Source: Macrostomum lignano (Eukaryota). From it: a stretch of 64,000 bases of DNA. Positions 10,549 to 24,053 of the stretch are shown in pieces (within the stretch, counting starts at the first letter, position 1; every line of letters starts with the position of its first letter). The position numbers and the translations under genes are program-made. The stretch spans positions 79,651-143,650 of the forward strand of contig NIVC01001359.1 in assembly GCA_002269645.1 (NCBI GenBank), given 5' to 3'. The notes below the pieces were generated by a model. It ran no database searches, was not told where the DNA came from, and was given only the letters and a program-made list of their open reading frames with translations.

Positions 10549-13500
10549 TCAGCCAGTGTGCATCACTCTCAACAGGGCCAGAGACACGTCCGGCAGCCGT
10601 TGCCTTGGCAACAGGTCGCTAACAGTCAGCTGCAACATGGTAGGCGGTTGACGACGCAGCAGCCGCACCAGCAAGCGGACAGGCCGGCGACACCGGCTGC
10701 TCTCCAGGTGGTAGCGCAGCACCTCGGACAGGTAGGACCCGTCGCCGCCACCTCCGCTATTTTCATCCCAGCAGCGTCGATAAGCCACAGCGTGATTGGC
10801 ACTGGCTACGCTATCAACAAACCTATTTGGGAATCCTAGCAGGCGGCAGATCGTGTAGAAGCCTCGACAGGACAGACTAGCTGATTGAGTGCCATCCTGA
10901 AGCAGGACGAAGGCTTCCGCAAGCGGTGGCTGCGCCGTTGAAGATGACGGGTGGAACTGGAAAAAATGGAACAGAAGATTTTATCATTTCTGTCTTTGAC
11001 TTGCTACTGAACAGTAGGAATAAAATAATTTTTGCACAAAAATTTAAATTTTCGAATTTGCGAGAAATTTGCATTACAATGCGCGGATATACTACTAATT
11101 ACGCTTACTAAATTAAGTAGAATATGAGGTTCTATTTACTTATTTAGTGATTTTGAGTGTCATATACCCCTAAAGATTTTTAGTAAGTGGTTTACCGATA
11201 TGTATCGAAAAAGCCATAGAATCCATCGCCTCACCTGAAATCGACAGACCGCGGACAGAAAGCAGTCCAACTGAAATACTCGACCTTCGTCAAACCAGTT
11301 AGCCAAACCGGACTCAACAGCTGATGTCAAATTGAATTCAATTAAAGCTCCTATGCTGTCAAAGTATTCACCGCTATGAAGGTTGTCAGCAACGGCTGCT
11401 GTTTGACGCGTTGGTCGACCATTGGCCGATCGGGTCACCTAGTAAAAGTGGCGGTTAATCGCTTTTATACATTGCATGCGCAACTAGCTACTCTCATCAG
11501 CAGCATGGTAACGTTTCCACCTCGAAACCAAAAATGATTCCAAATTCGCGGCTCTTTTTACAATTCTGCGACTCACGTGATGCGCTCGTGACTGATGACA
11601 ATAATAATAATTAATAATTGATTACACCTGCCCCAATTGGGCTAGATGTGCAACCAACAGCTCAGCCGCAGCTATTGCGCGGCGCATCTGAAGGCTGCGT
11701 ACGGCTGTTCAGTCCAAGGAGGGGGGGGGGTCGCTACACACACAGCCTCAATTACCTCAGCTAATGCTGTCACCCATTTTACAGCTGAGTGAACTGAAGC
11801 AACGCAAGGTGTCTTGCTCAAGGACACAAATTGTTCCGAGTAGGATCGGGATCGAAGCCCCCGACCTTCAAGTCGTAAGTCCGACGCTCTAACCACTAGG
11901 CTACAGCCCCGTGTGACTTAACAGTCGCTTCTGTCACATTGCAGTTGTTTTAGTCGTTAAAAAGTCACAAGAGTCGCTAGAGTCACCAGTGAGTTGCTTG
12001 CAATGACTCTTTTGCAATTTTAGCGGTCACGGTTAACGTTTTCAATGGTCGAGGACAACGGGCGTGGTGCTGGTGTGAATTGCACCAATTGGGGCTGAGA
12101 GGAACTTTACCATGCTTCTGATTGTATATACTGGTAGGTATGTAGTAGTGACACCAACCGACAACAGATGAATGGTAGGATTGATATCGGAGCAGACGCA
12201 GAGCAACTCCGCAGATTTTTTAGCATTCGCAGCCCCATTTTCAGCGTCATTGAACTGGCGCCTGCTGACATTCAACAGTAGGACATCTTCGGCGTGGAAA
12301 TTCGAACTAGCCAAATGCTGAATCATCTCTAAACGTCTAATATTCGATAGCGGAGCGCAGAATTGCACTCTAGCCGCTTCTTCGTCGGCTATCGGATCAC
12401 CAATTAGAAGCCAAGCGTTGCCATGGCAACCAGATCTATCGTTGCCGAAGTCCAATAGTCGTCCGCGTAGAGCAAACAAGCGTAGATGCCCGGATACCCG
12501 AGCGCGACTGGGCGTCAGCCAATCAGATTGGCGCAATTGAACACACTCTACGCTGATTGGTCGCCGCTTTAAACTAATTAATAAAGGAGTTGCCGATGTC
12601 AGACAGTCAGTTTCGCTGGTTGCTAAGGAACTAGCTGCCAGATGTTGATCGGTAGAAATCTCGTCAGAGACAATTCTATATGTACCAGATGGCAGCAGCA
12701 GTTCGCGCAGCACTGAAGCTGTGTAAAAACGCAAACGAATAGATAAGGTAAGAGAAAATTTCAATGGAAATATATTGGCCACTGGGCTTCGTTAGGATTA
12801 AAGAGGCTTAGGAGGTCTTAATTCTGAGGGATCTAGAGTTCTAGACAGTTCCCATATATAGCGATCTCTAGAGTCAACAGACAATCCTCATATAGTGATC
12901 TGGAGTCTACAGACAATCCTCATAGTGATCTATAGTCTACAGACAATCCTCATAGTGATCTATAGTCTACAGACAATCCTCATAGTGATCTATAGTCTAC
13001 AGACAATCCTCATAAAGTGATCAATAGTCTACAGACAATCCTCATAGTGATCTATAGTCTACAGACAATCCTCATAGTGATCTATAGTCTACAGACAATC
13101 CTCATAAAGTGATCAATAGTCTACAGACAATCCTCATAGTGATCTATAGTCTACAGACAATCCTCATATAGTGATCTGGAGTCTACAGACAATCCTCATA
13201 GTGATCTATAGTCTACAGACAATCCTCATAGTGATCTATAGTCTACAGACAATCCTCATAGTGATCTATAGTCTACAGACAATCCTCATAAAGTGATCAA
13301 TAGTCTACAGACAATCCTCATAGTGATCTATAGTCTACAGACAATCCTCATAGTGATCTATAGTCTACAGACAATCCTCATAAAGTGATCAATAGTCTAC
13401 AGACAATCCTCATAGTGATCTATAGTCTACAGACAATCCTCATATAGTGATCTAGAGTCTACAGACAATCCTCATATAGTGATCTAGAGTCTACAGACAA

Positions 13501-15863
13501 TCTTTATATAGTGATCTAGAGTCTACAGACAATCCTCATATAGTGATCTAGAGTCTACAGACAATCCTCATATAGTGATCTAGAGTCTACAGACAATCCT
13601 CATATAGTGATCTAGAGTCTACAGACAATCCTCATATAGTGATCTAGAGTCTACAGACAATCTTTATATAGTGATCTAGAGTCTACAGACAATCCTCATA
13701 TAGTGATCTAGAGTCTACAGACAATCCTCATATAGTGATCTAGAGTCTACAGACAATCCTCATATAGTGATCTAGAGTCTACAGACAATCCTCATATAGT
13801 GATCTAGAGTCTACAGACAATCTTTATATAGTGATCCAGGGTGTACAGACAATCCTCCTAGGCTCTATAGGACTTAAAGACAATACTAAATTATGATAAA
13901 TTTTAATGTTACAAAAGAACGCAGCCATCTTACCACTTCCACTCATCTCCATCAGCACTTTAATCTGTTTGCTACGATTTTCATTAGCATCACCATCACT
14001 ACTAGCTGCTTTAAGCGTTCCAGCCAGACTGAATGAGCCAACGCTAACACTGTGACAAGAGTTCACAGTCAGTTCAATTGAATCGGTTCCAAGACTTCGC
14101 CGACGCTGTCTCTGATTTATCTTCGAGGCCACAGCCGTAGCTAAATGAGAACACCGAACTAACAGCAGCATAGAGCCATCCCAATCGATTAAGCTAGCCC
14201 TAACTATCGGCAATTTCAACACTACTAAATGCACCATTCGAGCTGATAGATTCAATCGAACTGGACCGTCGTGAATCAGTCGCATAGCCACAGACGAATT
14301 ACTATTAGTAGTAAAAAAGTCTAGTCGCAGTCTTTCTCCAATAGGATCGAATGCAATTCGCCGACCAATAAGAATGACGGAATTTGAACTATCCGAAGCC
14401 AAGGACAGGCCCGTTGGTATAGTTGTTGCCAATAGCAACTGCACTGGATTAATAGCATCCGATAATCTGTGCAATTTAACAAATTTTTCCACTAATTGTT
14501 TATGATACTGACGTCGGTAGGCAAGAATCCTTGTCTCTTTCTCCGGTATTGCCGACAGTGATAGCAGAGCTTTGCAAAGTGCCACTAGAAGGCCTCGATC
14601 TGATGACCTATCAATAGACTGAAGCGTTATTGACCAGGCCAATAGGCGAATAATAGTCGAACTATTGTCATCAGTTTCACTGTTGAATAACAATTCACTA
14701 ATTAACCAATGTTGATTATTAATTTTTGAATGAATGTCATTTCCTTGACTATCATTTTCGTCAGTATGTTTTGGACAATGCAGACTAGTGTACACGTAGG
14801 CAACCATCACCGTTGCTATCCGATTGTTAGTTGCAATTTTTATTGCCTGACAAGCTGATCCAGTGTACAGATGAGCATTCCTAAGCTGAATTGTTCGGTT
14901 AACCATGCTTCGAGACAACGATGTCGATGTTGATGGGAATAGCGCTAGCAAGGCTGGCTCACCTGTTAAAAGTGCAAATAGGGGAGATGGGTGACAAGGT
15001 AGACAAAAAAGGGGAGATAGGAAAGAAAAGTGGAGAGAGGGTAGACGGAAGAGGAGTTAGTAGAAATGGTGTAGAAAGGAGAGAATAGATGAAGGGGGAT
15101 GAGAGAAGGGAAAGTAGGGAGAGTGGCCCTTGTTTCTCCGCTGTGTCAACAGACTAACCTGCAGCTAAGGGAAGTGGAGGGGAGAGAATAGAGATTGAAG
15201 ATATATATCATGGTTTCAAGAATCAAGCATATAAACACTAGAAAAAACAAACTATAAAGTGCATCTTTTGAAGTGCATATCAGCTCATCAAAGCGCAGTC
15301 TTACCTTGAGAGTCAGCCACACTGCCTTCGCAGTGATCTGATAGAATATTGACATAGGCAAATCCTTCAGTCAGAGACAGTGACGTCACTTTCGCATTGA
15401 TAAATCTTCGATAAGTAGAGCATTGTCCAACAATGCAGTTACAGTTTCCAGCCTCACTGCTACTAGAGGAAATGCCAATTTGCAAAGAAGCTGGTGCTAC
15501 CAGATTTTGTAAACAGTCTGGGAATTTTGCAGCATTATTATGACCACTATTAAGCTCAAGTCGCCAAAAGCCATACTCAGAACCTGAAGCCATTGTTAGC
15601 TTCACCGGCTTGGTAGGCAATCCATCAGACAAATCTAGCCAATTTCCAATTACCAGTTTATTGTAACATTGCACTAATTGTTGATAACAATCATTGTAAC
15701 TATTCACTTGGTTGCTACCACATGTTACAATAACATTCTCTGTTCGACAGAAACAATATCCTGCACTATTGACTCTAGTTGGTTGCAATTTAAGTACCAA
15801 ACAGCATGACTTCAATTTTACAGGATGAGACACAGCAACAAGATAGCCAGATGGACCACAGGA
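10549..15863 (-). CDS. Large multi-exon protein (~935 aa, 5' end not identified), possible CTC1-like CST complex subunit; exons 15863-15305, 14962-13934, 12718-12111, 11438-11235, 10956-10549
   Basis: Five GT-AG-bounded exons with consistent phases (559+1029+608+204+408 = 2808 nt, one terminal stop). The C-terminal LLQDGTQSASLSCRG..ICRLLG and SSRCRRPVRLLVRL resemble, from memory, human CTC1 LLVEDGTAEAVVTCRN..AAALG and TSPSVLRPIVLSFEL. Gene structure is well supported; identity is tentative. Confidence 0.5.
11600..11910 (-). mobile_element. tRNA-derived SINE with CORE-like central domain, in intron 3 of the CTC1-like gene
   Basis: Minus strand: GGGGCTGTAGCCTAGTGG (A box) ... GCTTCGATCCC (B box), then TGTGTCCTTGAGCAAGACAC...CTCAGCTGTAAAATGGG (CORE-like) and an (ATT)n tail. 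Confidence 0.8.
12850..13860. repeat. Intronic minisatellite, 30/32 bp unit (TAGTGATCTAGAGTCTACAGACAATCCTCATA)
   Basis: Tandem copies filling intron 12719-13933. Confidence 0.95.
14990..15130. repeat. Purine-rich (GA) low-complexity tract in intron 14963-15304
   Basis: Almost exclusively A/G on the plus strand. Confidence 0.7.
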
Positions 15864-16579
15864 CTGTAAATGCAACTGTAATTAGCAAAAAACACAATTA
15901 AAACTCCTTATATAAATCAGTGCAGACATAAAAAAATACACAAACGCTTTGCTTGAAGACATTTTGCCAAAATATAAACTTTGTTATTAATTTTCTTATA
16001 AATATACAATTAGCACCATTTTTCAATGACTTTTAATATTTTTGTTTGCTATAAGAAACTTTTATAAATGATAATATACTTAGAATTAGATGCAAATGTG
16101 AATCCATAAGAGAATATATAAAACAAATATATTTTTTGATATTTTTATCAAACAGAATTTTTGCAATACCAGTACATTAAAGAAATCATAACCCCACTCA
16201 AGTAAAAAAGTTTGAAGTTTTGAAGCATGTCCTTTTGTATAATTATTACTTCACTTTTCCAAAATAGATCTTATATCATTTTTTCAATTTATTTTAAATA
16301 ACTTGTTTTACTACTTTCTATTATCCAGTGTTAACCATATTGATTTTTGAGAATAATATGTTTTCAATTTCAAAGCCTAGTTATGAATACTAATTAAAAT
16401 GTATCCTGTGATTGATGCCTTGAATTACTAATATTTATTTATTGTTTTATAGCTCATTTTTTAACTTTTTTTGTTTTTCTACTATTTAAAAATGTTTTTT
16501 TAGTTTTTACTCAACTAAGAAGGATAGTAGCTCAACATCATTCTCAACATGCTTCCATTACACTTAGTCATCAGAGCTG

Positions 16580-17666
16580 AGGCAATAAAGGGTACCATGC
16601 ATCTAATTTGCACTAAATTGCTCACAACTTTTAAATGCCAAGAGATATTAACATAATTCAAAATGCATTGCATAGATAGATAAAGCTGCTTTCCTGAAAT
16701 GTCAACACCATTTATTTATCTGACTAGCTATGAAGTACATTGAAAATTCCCACTACTTTTTGGATACCCCTCATCTTTCTGCCACAATGGAGCCATCCAC
16801 TAGATATGGACATTAACCAGAAAAGCTACGGAATTTACTGCTTCACTAATGGGATCCTTGTGAGATGGCCTAGCTACTTTAGACATAGCTGTTTTCTACA
16901 AGAGTAAAGCAATCTTGCAAGAGAATCATTACCTTGGTAAGAATGTCTTATTTTTACAATCGATAAGATGAGCGACTGAGGCAATGTCATGCTCTACAAG
17001 AGAAGCTGAAGAAGCTGGGTGAAAACTTTTGGCATCAAATCATTACTGCTAACAAAATCTAGTTGTTGCACTACAACCCTAAAACCAAGCAGCAGCCCAA
17101 AGTTTGGGTGGCCCCTGGAGAGCCTTTCCCAACCAAGGCCAATGTAATACCAGCTATTACCAAAACAATGGTAATAGTTTTCTAGGACTATGAAAGACTC
17201 ATATATATTGACTACCTAGAAAAGCACTAGACCATTAACTCCTAATGCTATATTGCATCCCTAGCTAGTTTGCAGTTGCAGCTAGTCAAATGCTAACCTG
17301 GGAAGCTGCATGCTAGCATTTCTTGCAGCATGACAATACATAGCTGCATATATCCTGAGCCATATTGGCAGAAATACATAAAAAACTAGAGAATTCTGCC
17401 ACATCTACTATATAGCCCTGATCTGGTATCTAGTGATTATTGCCTTTTTAGTCTAATAAAATATGCTCTCCATAGTTGGTGTTATAGCAGTAAAAAGGAG
17501 CTTGGTTGTAACCTTGAGAAGTGGTTCAGAAGTCAACCTAAAGAGTGGTTTGCCACTAGGATCAAAAAGTTATCAAAGTGCTGGGATTACTGCATTAATA
17601 CAGAGTAAACTTTCCCTTTTGGTTTTATAAACCAAAGTCTAAGAACTTTTTGATTGCCTACTCATA
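16580..17666 (+). mobile_element. Degenerate mariner (Tc1/mariner) transposon relic; left boundary approximate
   Basis: Translated remnants WVAPGEPFPTKA..TMVIVF*DY..IYIDYLEK and LPHLLYSPDL; right end AACTTTTTGATTGCCTACTCATA resembles a mariner TIR; many stops, CpG-depleted. Confidence 0.75.
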
Positions 17667-19342
17667 TTTCATGGCATAAAAAGTAAAATATTGAATTTGA
17701 AATTTTTATTGGCTCTATTATAGATAATTCGTTTTTTTAAATCTATTATTGTATAGTATATAAGATTAGTTAAACATGCTATATACTTAATATAACAATA
17801 GCCATTGCTGGCAATCTTTTAGTTTACTATATTACATATTTTTTTAGTTTTCTTAAACTTTATAGCCAATTTGCCAACTCTGCAATGGCTAGAAGGCCTA
17901 GAGCACCAACCACAATCATTTCTAAAGCTGATATGAGGCCAACCACCAATTGCAAGCTCATAGACATTGGTATCAACCTATAAGAACCACAGGCTGGGTT
18001 TTTTGGGCCATACCGTTTTTTTTAGCACCTTGAAAATAACATTGGCAACTGGATTTTTAGCATCAAAGGCTTATCTGGCAACTTCATTTTCCTTGTACCA
18101 GTTGCCAATTTCAAAAAATGATTTTGTAAGTGTAATAAAAATGCCATATAAATTGATAGGATGGAATTGTTAGTTTGTTATTGTTTGCAATATAGATAGC
18201 AGTCTTAAAGTTAAAAGAACTAATTTCTGCTTTTTAAATGTAGCCTTAAAAATATCCATCCTTAAGAATTTGGCTAGTTGGCAATGAGCAACCAAAAATA
18301 AGCCATTAGCAACTAAATTTTGAGCCCCAAGGGGTAGCTGGCAACTGGATTTCCAACCTTAAAAAACCCAGACCATAGGTTTAAATGTGTTTAAAAGATA
18401 TTGAGCCTATAACACCACTTATTTCTAGGAAAGGTCTTCAGAAACTTTTTTAGCTAGACCTACTAGGTGGCTCAATATCATTAATATTATTAACTAATCT
18501 AACTTTATTTGTTAGATGGCTATACACTAGTATTGCAATTGTTGCGCTAGGTTGGCACTTAATCTACTTATATCCAAGCTAGAAAATTTAGCATAATGTA
18601 TTCGTTTGAATCCACATTGTTTACTCTATCTGCTGCAGATCTTCAATTCTAATAAAAATAAAATTTAATAAAAATAATGAATAAGTAATAAGTAGTTTAA
18701 AAGCAATTTAATAAATTTATTAAAATTCTAATCACAGGCCCTTATAAAAATATTGTAATTGAACAATCTTAATCTTCTATAGACTATAGCCTACATAGTA
18801 CACTATGTTTAATCCACTAAAATGTAACAATACTTTGCCAAAATATTACTTTTGTGATTTGCCAAAATATTACTCTGCTAAAACATTGCATAGCCCGTAA
18901 TATTTATAATATGCTTGCCACTTATATTCTGTCTACTCCACAGTTCCAACTTTCTATGTGAAAAAAACTGATGAAATAATTTAATGCAATAAACTAAGAG
19001 ATTTCTGCTATTGCCTATTAAAATTTTGTCAAAATTTAAAACTAATGCCCCAAATGCACTTATAGTAAAATCTCATAGATTATGTCATGGTCCAATAGTT
19101 ATGCCCCAAAAGATTTCAGCTTATTACTAGCAATCTAATGTGCCCCCCTTAAGGGCAACTAATAAGCAACTGTGATAGTGATGTTCCTGTACGATACAAA
19201 ATCCCACGGCTGCCACTAAAGTTGTGATAGAGGTGAGCTTCCCTCTATCAATATCTCACTAATAAGCCACGACTCCAACTTTTAAAAATCACTTTATTTA
19301 TTTAAAATAGTCATAGACAACAAAATATAGCTTTTACAAAGA

Positions 19343-20313
19343 TACTTTAGGTGTGTGGTAAGTAATGTCACTGCAGGCTTCTGTCTAAAATATGTAGGCA
19401 CATAGACATGTGGGTAGTGTAACTGCAAATTAAACTTAGTGAAACAATACCAGTGCATTTGAGACGTGCATAGGTTATTTATGGCCCAAGATATTGCAAG
19501 AATATGCCAAGCAGATTAAGCAAGTGCAACACAATAAAAAATCATCTATGTAGCGAACAAAAATCACCATGAATCTCAACAAGATGCCTGCACCAAGCAG
19601 ATCTGCAAGGTGTTTAGTAGGCAGGGCTTGAATGATATCCTAAACTGCCTGGTTGCTAAGGATGAAAGCTGGCTCCACTTGGATGGCAAGGGCAGCAAGG
19701 CAGACAATTGCTGCTGGTTAAGAGCTGGGGACTCCAGGGCAACTGTGACCAGAAAGTCCATCTTGGACAAAAAGACCATGCTACTAGTAGCCTTCACACC
19801 AAATGAACAAGTCTCCATTTGCACAATTCTACTGAACACCAAGGTCGATGGCCAGTATTTTATTGACTTTGTCCCGCACACTAAGGACCTCTGGCACACT
19901 CTAGTCAAATCCAATTCACCTGGATGAGGTTTGTGGTAGATGGAAACCACACGGCTACATACCTAAAGGCTGCTTCTAAATTTCTGCCTTATGGCAAGTG
20001 AATATGCTTTGACAGAGTCCCTACAGCTTGGACTTCAACTTTTGCAAGAGATTCCTGTTTAAATAGCTGAAGGCTGACTTTTCCAAGAAGAGTTTTGCAA
20101 CCTATGAAGAGGTCAAACAGGTTACATTGCACTGGTTATGGCAGTTGGAGGAAAAACACCTGCAGGCTGAGGTGGACAAGCTGTATGAGCACTGCCAGAA
20201 GGTGATTGATATTGGAGGATTCTATGTTGTTGAGTGGTACAGTTTTCTTCATTTGCGATTGCAAGTTTATCTACTTTCATATCAGTGACATTACTTATGA
20301 CACACTCGAAGTA
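19343..20313 (+). mobile_element. Mariner relic with ~31 bp TIRs and TA ends
   Basis: TACTTTAGGTGTGTGGTAAGTAATGTCACTG at the left versus CAGTGACATTACTTATGACACACTCGAAGTA at the right; ORF 19610-19927 has the VAKDESW catalytic motif and KTMLLVAF. Confidence 0.85.
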
Positions 20314-20384
20314 ATAGGCCTAGACATTCCTCCTAAATAGAAAATATTCCTAAGACAACAAGCACTCCCCTCCAAAAGTAAACA

Positions 20385-21365
20385 ACTACAGATAGCAAGC
20401 ATCCCTTAATACTTGTAGCAAGCATCCACCCAAAAAGCAAGCATCATCCCAGATAGCAAGCATCTGCAGATAGCAAGCATCTGCAGATAGCAAGCATCCC
20501 CTAGATAGAAGCATTCACCCAGATAGCAAGCATCCTACCTACAGATAGCAAGCATCCTGCAGATAGCAAGCATCCTGCAGATAGCAAGCATCCTGCAGAT
20601 AGTAAGCATCCCTTAGAAGCATCCACCTAGGTAGCAAGCATCCTATAGACCAGTGTGCGGATCATGTACCCGTGTACGCCGGAAAAAATTCGGGCGTCAA
20701 GGACTTTGTACGCCAGTGTATGCCAAAAACAAAAAGTTGCACTAAAATGTACACCAAAAATTCCTAAAAAAAGGTCATTCGGTTTTCACGAGTAGAGTTT
20801 TCTAGGAAATGCTTTGGTATGAAAAGTGTCTTTAAAATATTACGAATTTTTTCAGTTTAAACAAACTTAAATAATACCTACAAAAAAAATTATGAAAAAT
20901 TAATACTTACAGCAAAATTTTACACTAATTTAATTTTTTTTAACTTAAAATAAGCAAAAAGTTTATCATTGACGATATAAATTTTCCTTTACTTTATGTA
21001 AAAACGTTAATTTACTTTACAATTTTCATGCACGGCATGAATTTATTCACCAAAATTTGTACGCCAAAAAGTATGCGTGGCTGTGTTACTTGTGTACGCC
21101 AATAGTGTACGCCAACAAAGTGCGCCAGGGGTTGTGTACGCCGATTGTGTACGCCAAGGACTTAGGGTGGCCGTTTTGTACCCATCCGCAACCTGGCCTA
21201 TAGATAATAAGAATCCCTAAATAATAAGCATCCTTAGATAGAAAGAATCCCATACATGTTAGCCAGTATCCCATCTCTCAAATAGCAAGTACCCCCTCTC
21301 TCAAATAGCAAGTACCCCCTTGAGAGCAAGCATCTCCCAGAAAGTAAGCATCTACCAGACAGCAA
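20385..21365. repeat. Minisatellite, ~18-19 bp unit (AGATAGCAAGCATCCTGC), interrupted by a MITE
   Basis: Copies on both sides of 20650-21196. Confidence 0.8.
20650..21196. mobile_element. Non-autonomous DNA transposon (MITE), 8-bp TSD, hAT-like
   Basis: Imperfect TIRs CCAGTGTGCGGAT / ATCCGCAACCTGG; perfect TSD CCTATAGA at 20642-20649 and 21197-21204; clustered subterminal TGTACGCC motifs. Confidence 0.85.
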
Positions 21366-24053
21366 ATAGCTAGTGCAAATATTACCTCTACTAATGCGAT
21401 AATTGCTTTCTCAGGTTGTGTAACAATCTACATCTTAGCTAGCACAACAATCTCTTTTTAGACAGTGCAATAATTAGTTTCTCAGCTAGTTAAATAATCA
21501 TTTTCTCATTTAGTGCAATGCCAATAATCCTTTAGCTTTGCTAATCAAGTCCAAAAATCAATGTCTCAGCTAGTGCAAAAGCCCTTTCTAATCTAGTGCA
21601 ACAATCCTTGGCTTATCAAGTGCAATAATCCTTGGTGTATCAAGTGCCATAATCCAGGTCTTCTTAATTATTAGTCCTTTAATAAAATCTTTCAATAAAA
21701 AAAATAGGTTATCTTCAAGTTTCGTTCGTTTAATTCCAACACCCACCCCCCACCACCCTTGAATAGAGGGCAAAAATAATTCCGGAAATAATTAAACGAA
21801 TGAAACTTGAAGATTGCCAAAAAATATGCTATTTTTATTTTTTACACTACTAAGATTTGAACCTAGGTCACTGCATTAGCAGTCCAGTGTGTTTACATCT
21901 AAGCTAGCTCTTATAAATTTATAAATTAATTTGTAGCACTTATAATTCAATACTCACACTAAGTCAATTGAGTAAAAGTCACAGAGCAATTATGACATAA
22001 TCAATTTCTTAGGCAAGTCAGTACCAGTCTCTATTAAAGTTAGCAGTGTGGTTACACAATATAAATCAAGAATTGTACTATGCTTCCACACTGCATTTTC
22101 AATACTGTGATACAGTTAGGGGTCCCAATCCTGAGATCCCAGCTTTTTGTTAGTGATCGAGATCCTAGGATTAGAAGTCTAGTCTGGAATCCCAGTAAAC
22201 ATGGGATTGGAATTTACACTTTGCAGAAGTGAATATTTTTCGTCTTGCAGTTAGCACTTACTGGTTTTGAGAGAATTTTTGCATCCTGAGATTAACATTG
22301 TAATATAAATGTAAATTGAAGGATGTAGGTATTACAATGTAAAATTTATACAGTGATTTCAATGACAATTATTTAGACAGACGATTCAAATAAACGAGTA
22401 ATCTGTTTAACAAAGATATTCAATGCAGACTGTATTTTAGCTATCTTTTTATGCATCTAAGAGCTTTCTTTTGATCTAAAATTTTTCATTTTTTATGGTC
22501 GAATCAAAGAAAAAATGCCAAAAAACTATGGTTTAGAAACACTAAATGTTTGTAGTTTTACTACTCTGCACTTCAAGTTTGAAAGGAATTTTCCGAACTT
22601 TAAAAAGATCTTTTTACAGAAAATAATTTCTACAGACAGGCCTACCTTTACGCCCATCTCTGCAACAACAATGTGTTACACATATAATATTGTAGCTGAC
22701 ACTACAGACATTTTTGTGTTTAAGGCATGCTTGCATATTTCCTGCTCAATTCTAAGTTGAAAAATAAACTCCTGCTCAGCTAAAAGATTTGTTTGTTGTC
22801 GGTTAAATTTCAATCTAAAGCTTACACATGCCCCTGCTTTTAATTGACATTGCGAGCGCTCCTAGTTGATGTTTATATTTGGCAAAAATTGCCCTTGAAG
22901 TGTGTCTGGACTGAAATTAAAAAGGCCCCAATAATAGGCCTACTTAAGATATTTTTTGCTACACGCTATTGATTTCTTTTGTCTCTGAGTCCTAAATACC
23001 AGTTACATATATTTACACATGTCTTAACTTTAAAATAAAGCCTTGGATACCTAAAATTACTGAAAAGTTTTTCCTATATACAAAAGCAAACTATGTCAAT
23101 CTGACTATATAGTATATAGCTGAATTGAGCATACAGTATGCTCATAGTCATATTGTACATGTAAACTGCCATAATATTGTGAACCTGTATATGTAGATGT
23201 ATAACTAGATTGTAAAATTGTGTTATAATAGGGCTTAGTAGTAGTAGGCCTAGGCCCTAACTTTAAAAAGGTATAAATAGACTTAATTCAATCTAGTAGG
23301 GCCTAAGAAGAATTATAGGTCTATGGCTATTGTCATTGATATATATTTTCAATTGGGGACCTAATTAAAATAGATAGATTTTTAATTATATTATTGTCTT
23401 AGGGTTGAGTTTAGTCTTATTAAAGATAGTAAGGCCTATATTATATTTTTATTAATATAAATTCGGCTATAAACTTTTCCATTTACCTTTTAATCAACTT
23501 TTCTACAAACTTTTCTATTCATTAAGTTAGATATATAAATTTATTTATCAACTTTTCTGTCTAAAATTCCATTAAGTATTCTATATTCCATTAAGTTTTC
23601 TATCAACTATTTTATCAACTGTTTTGGTAACTTTTTTGTCAACTTTTTATTTATTATGTATTTTTTTCATATAATGCAAGTAAAAAAATTATGCAAAATT
23701 AAACATAATCTGTTGCAATTGCCAGCTTGGGTTCTTATAGCAATAGAAAAAATAGTTGATAGTAGGAGTAATATAATACTATTATCCATGTTGTACCCCT
23801 AGATATCCCACTAGCAAAACAAGGGTTCTATGCAACCAATTAGTCTAACTAATCTTATATCAATTATACAGCCCAGGGGAGCTATTTTCCACCATTGTAT
23901 TAATAGTGAATGGCAGTTTTTTATAGTTTAATCTGGCTTACAAAGGAGCCTTGGGAGAAAGTATAATCTTATTAATATTAATAGTAAGATAAAGCTAATA
24001 TAGTATTTCTTAGTCTTTTAGTAAGCTAATCTTGATAGTCTTAATAATAGTAA

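Noticed and set aside
11838-11910. Possible tRNA gene
   Set aside because: A and B boxes are present but the anticodon and acceptor stems pair poorly, and the sequence continues into a CORE-like body and (ATT)n tail, so it is a SINE head
17975-18380. Possible MITE (CTGGGTTTTTT ... AAAAAACCCAG) with TGGCAAC subrepeats
   Set aside because: Ends and TSD are too degraded to define; similar weak cases at 22105-22210 and 44830-45310 were not called
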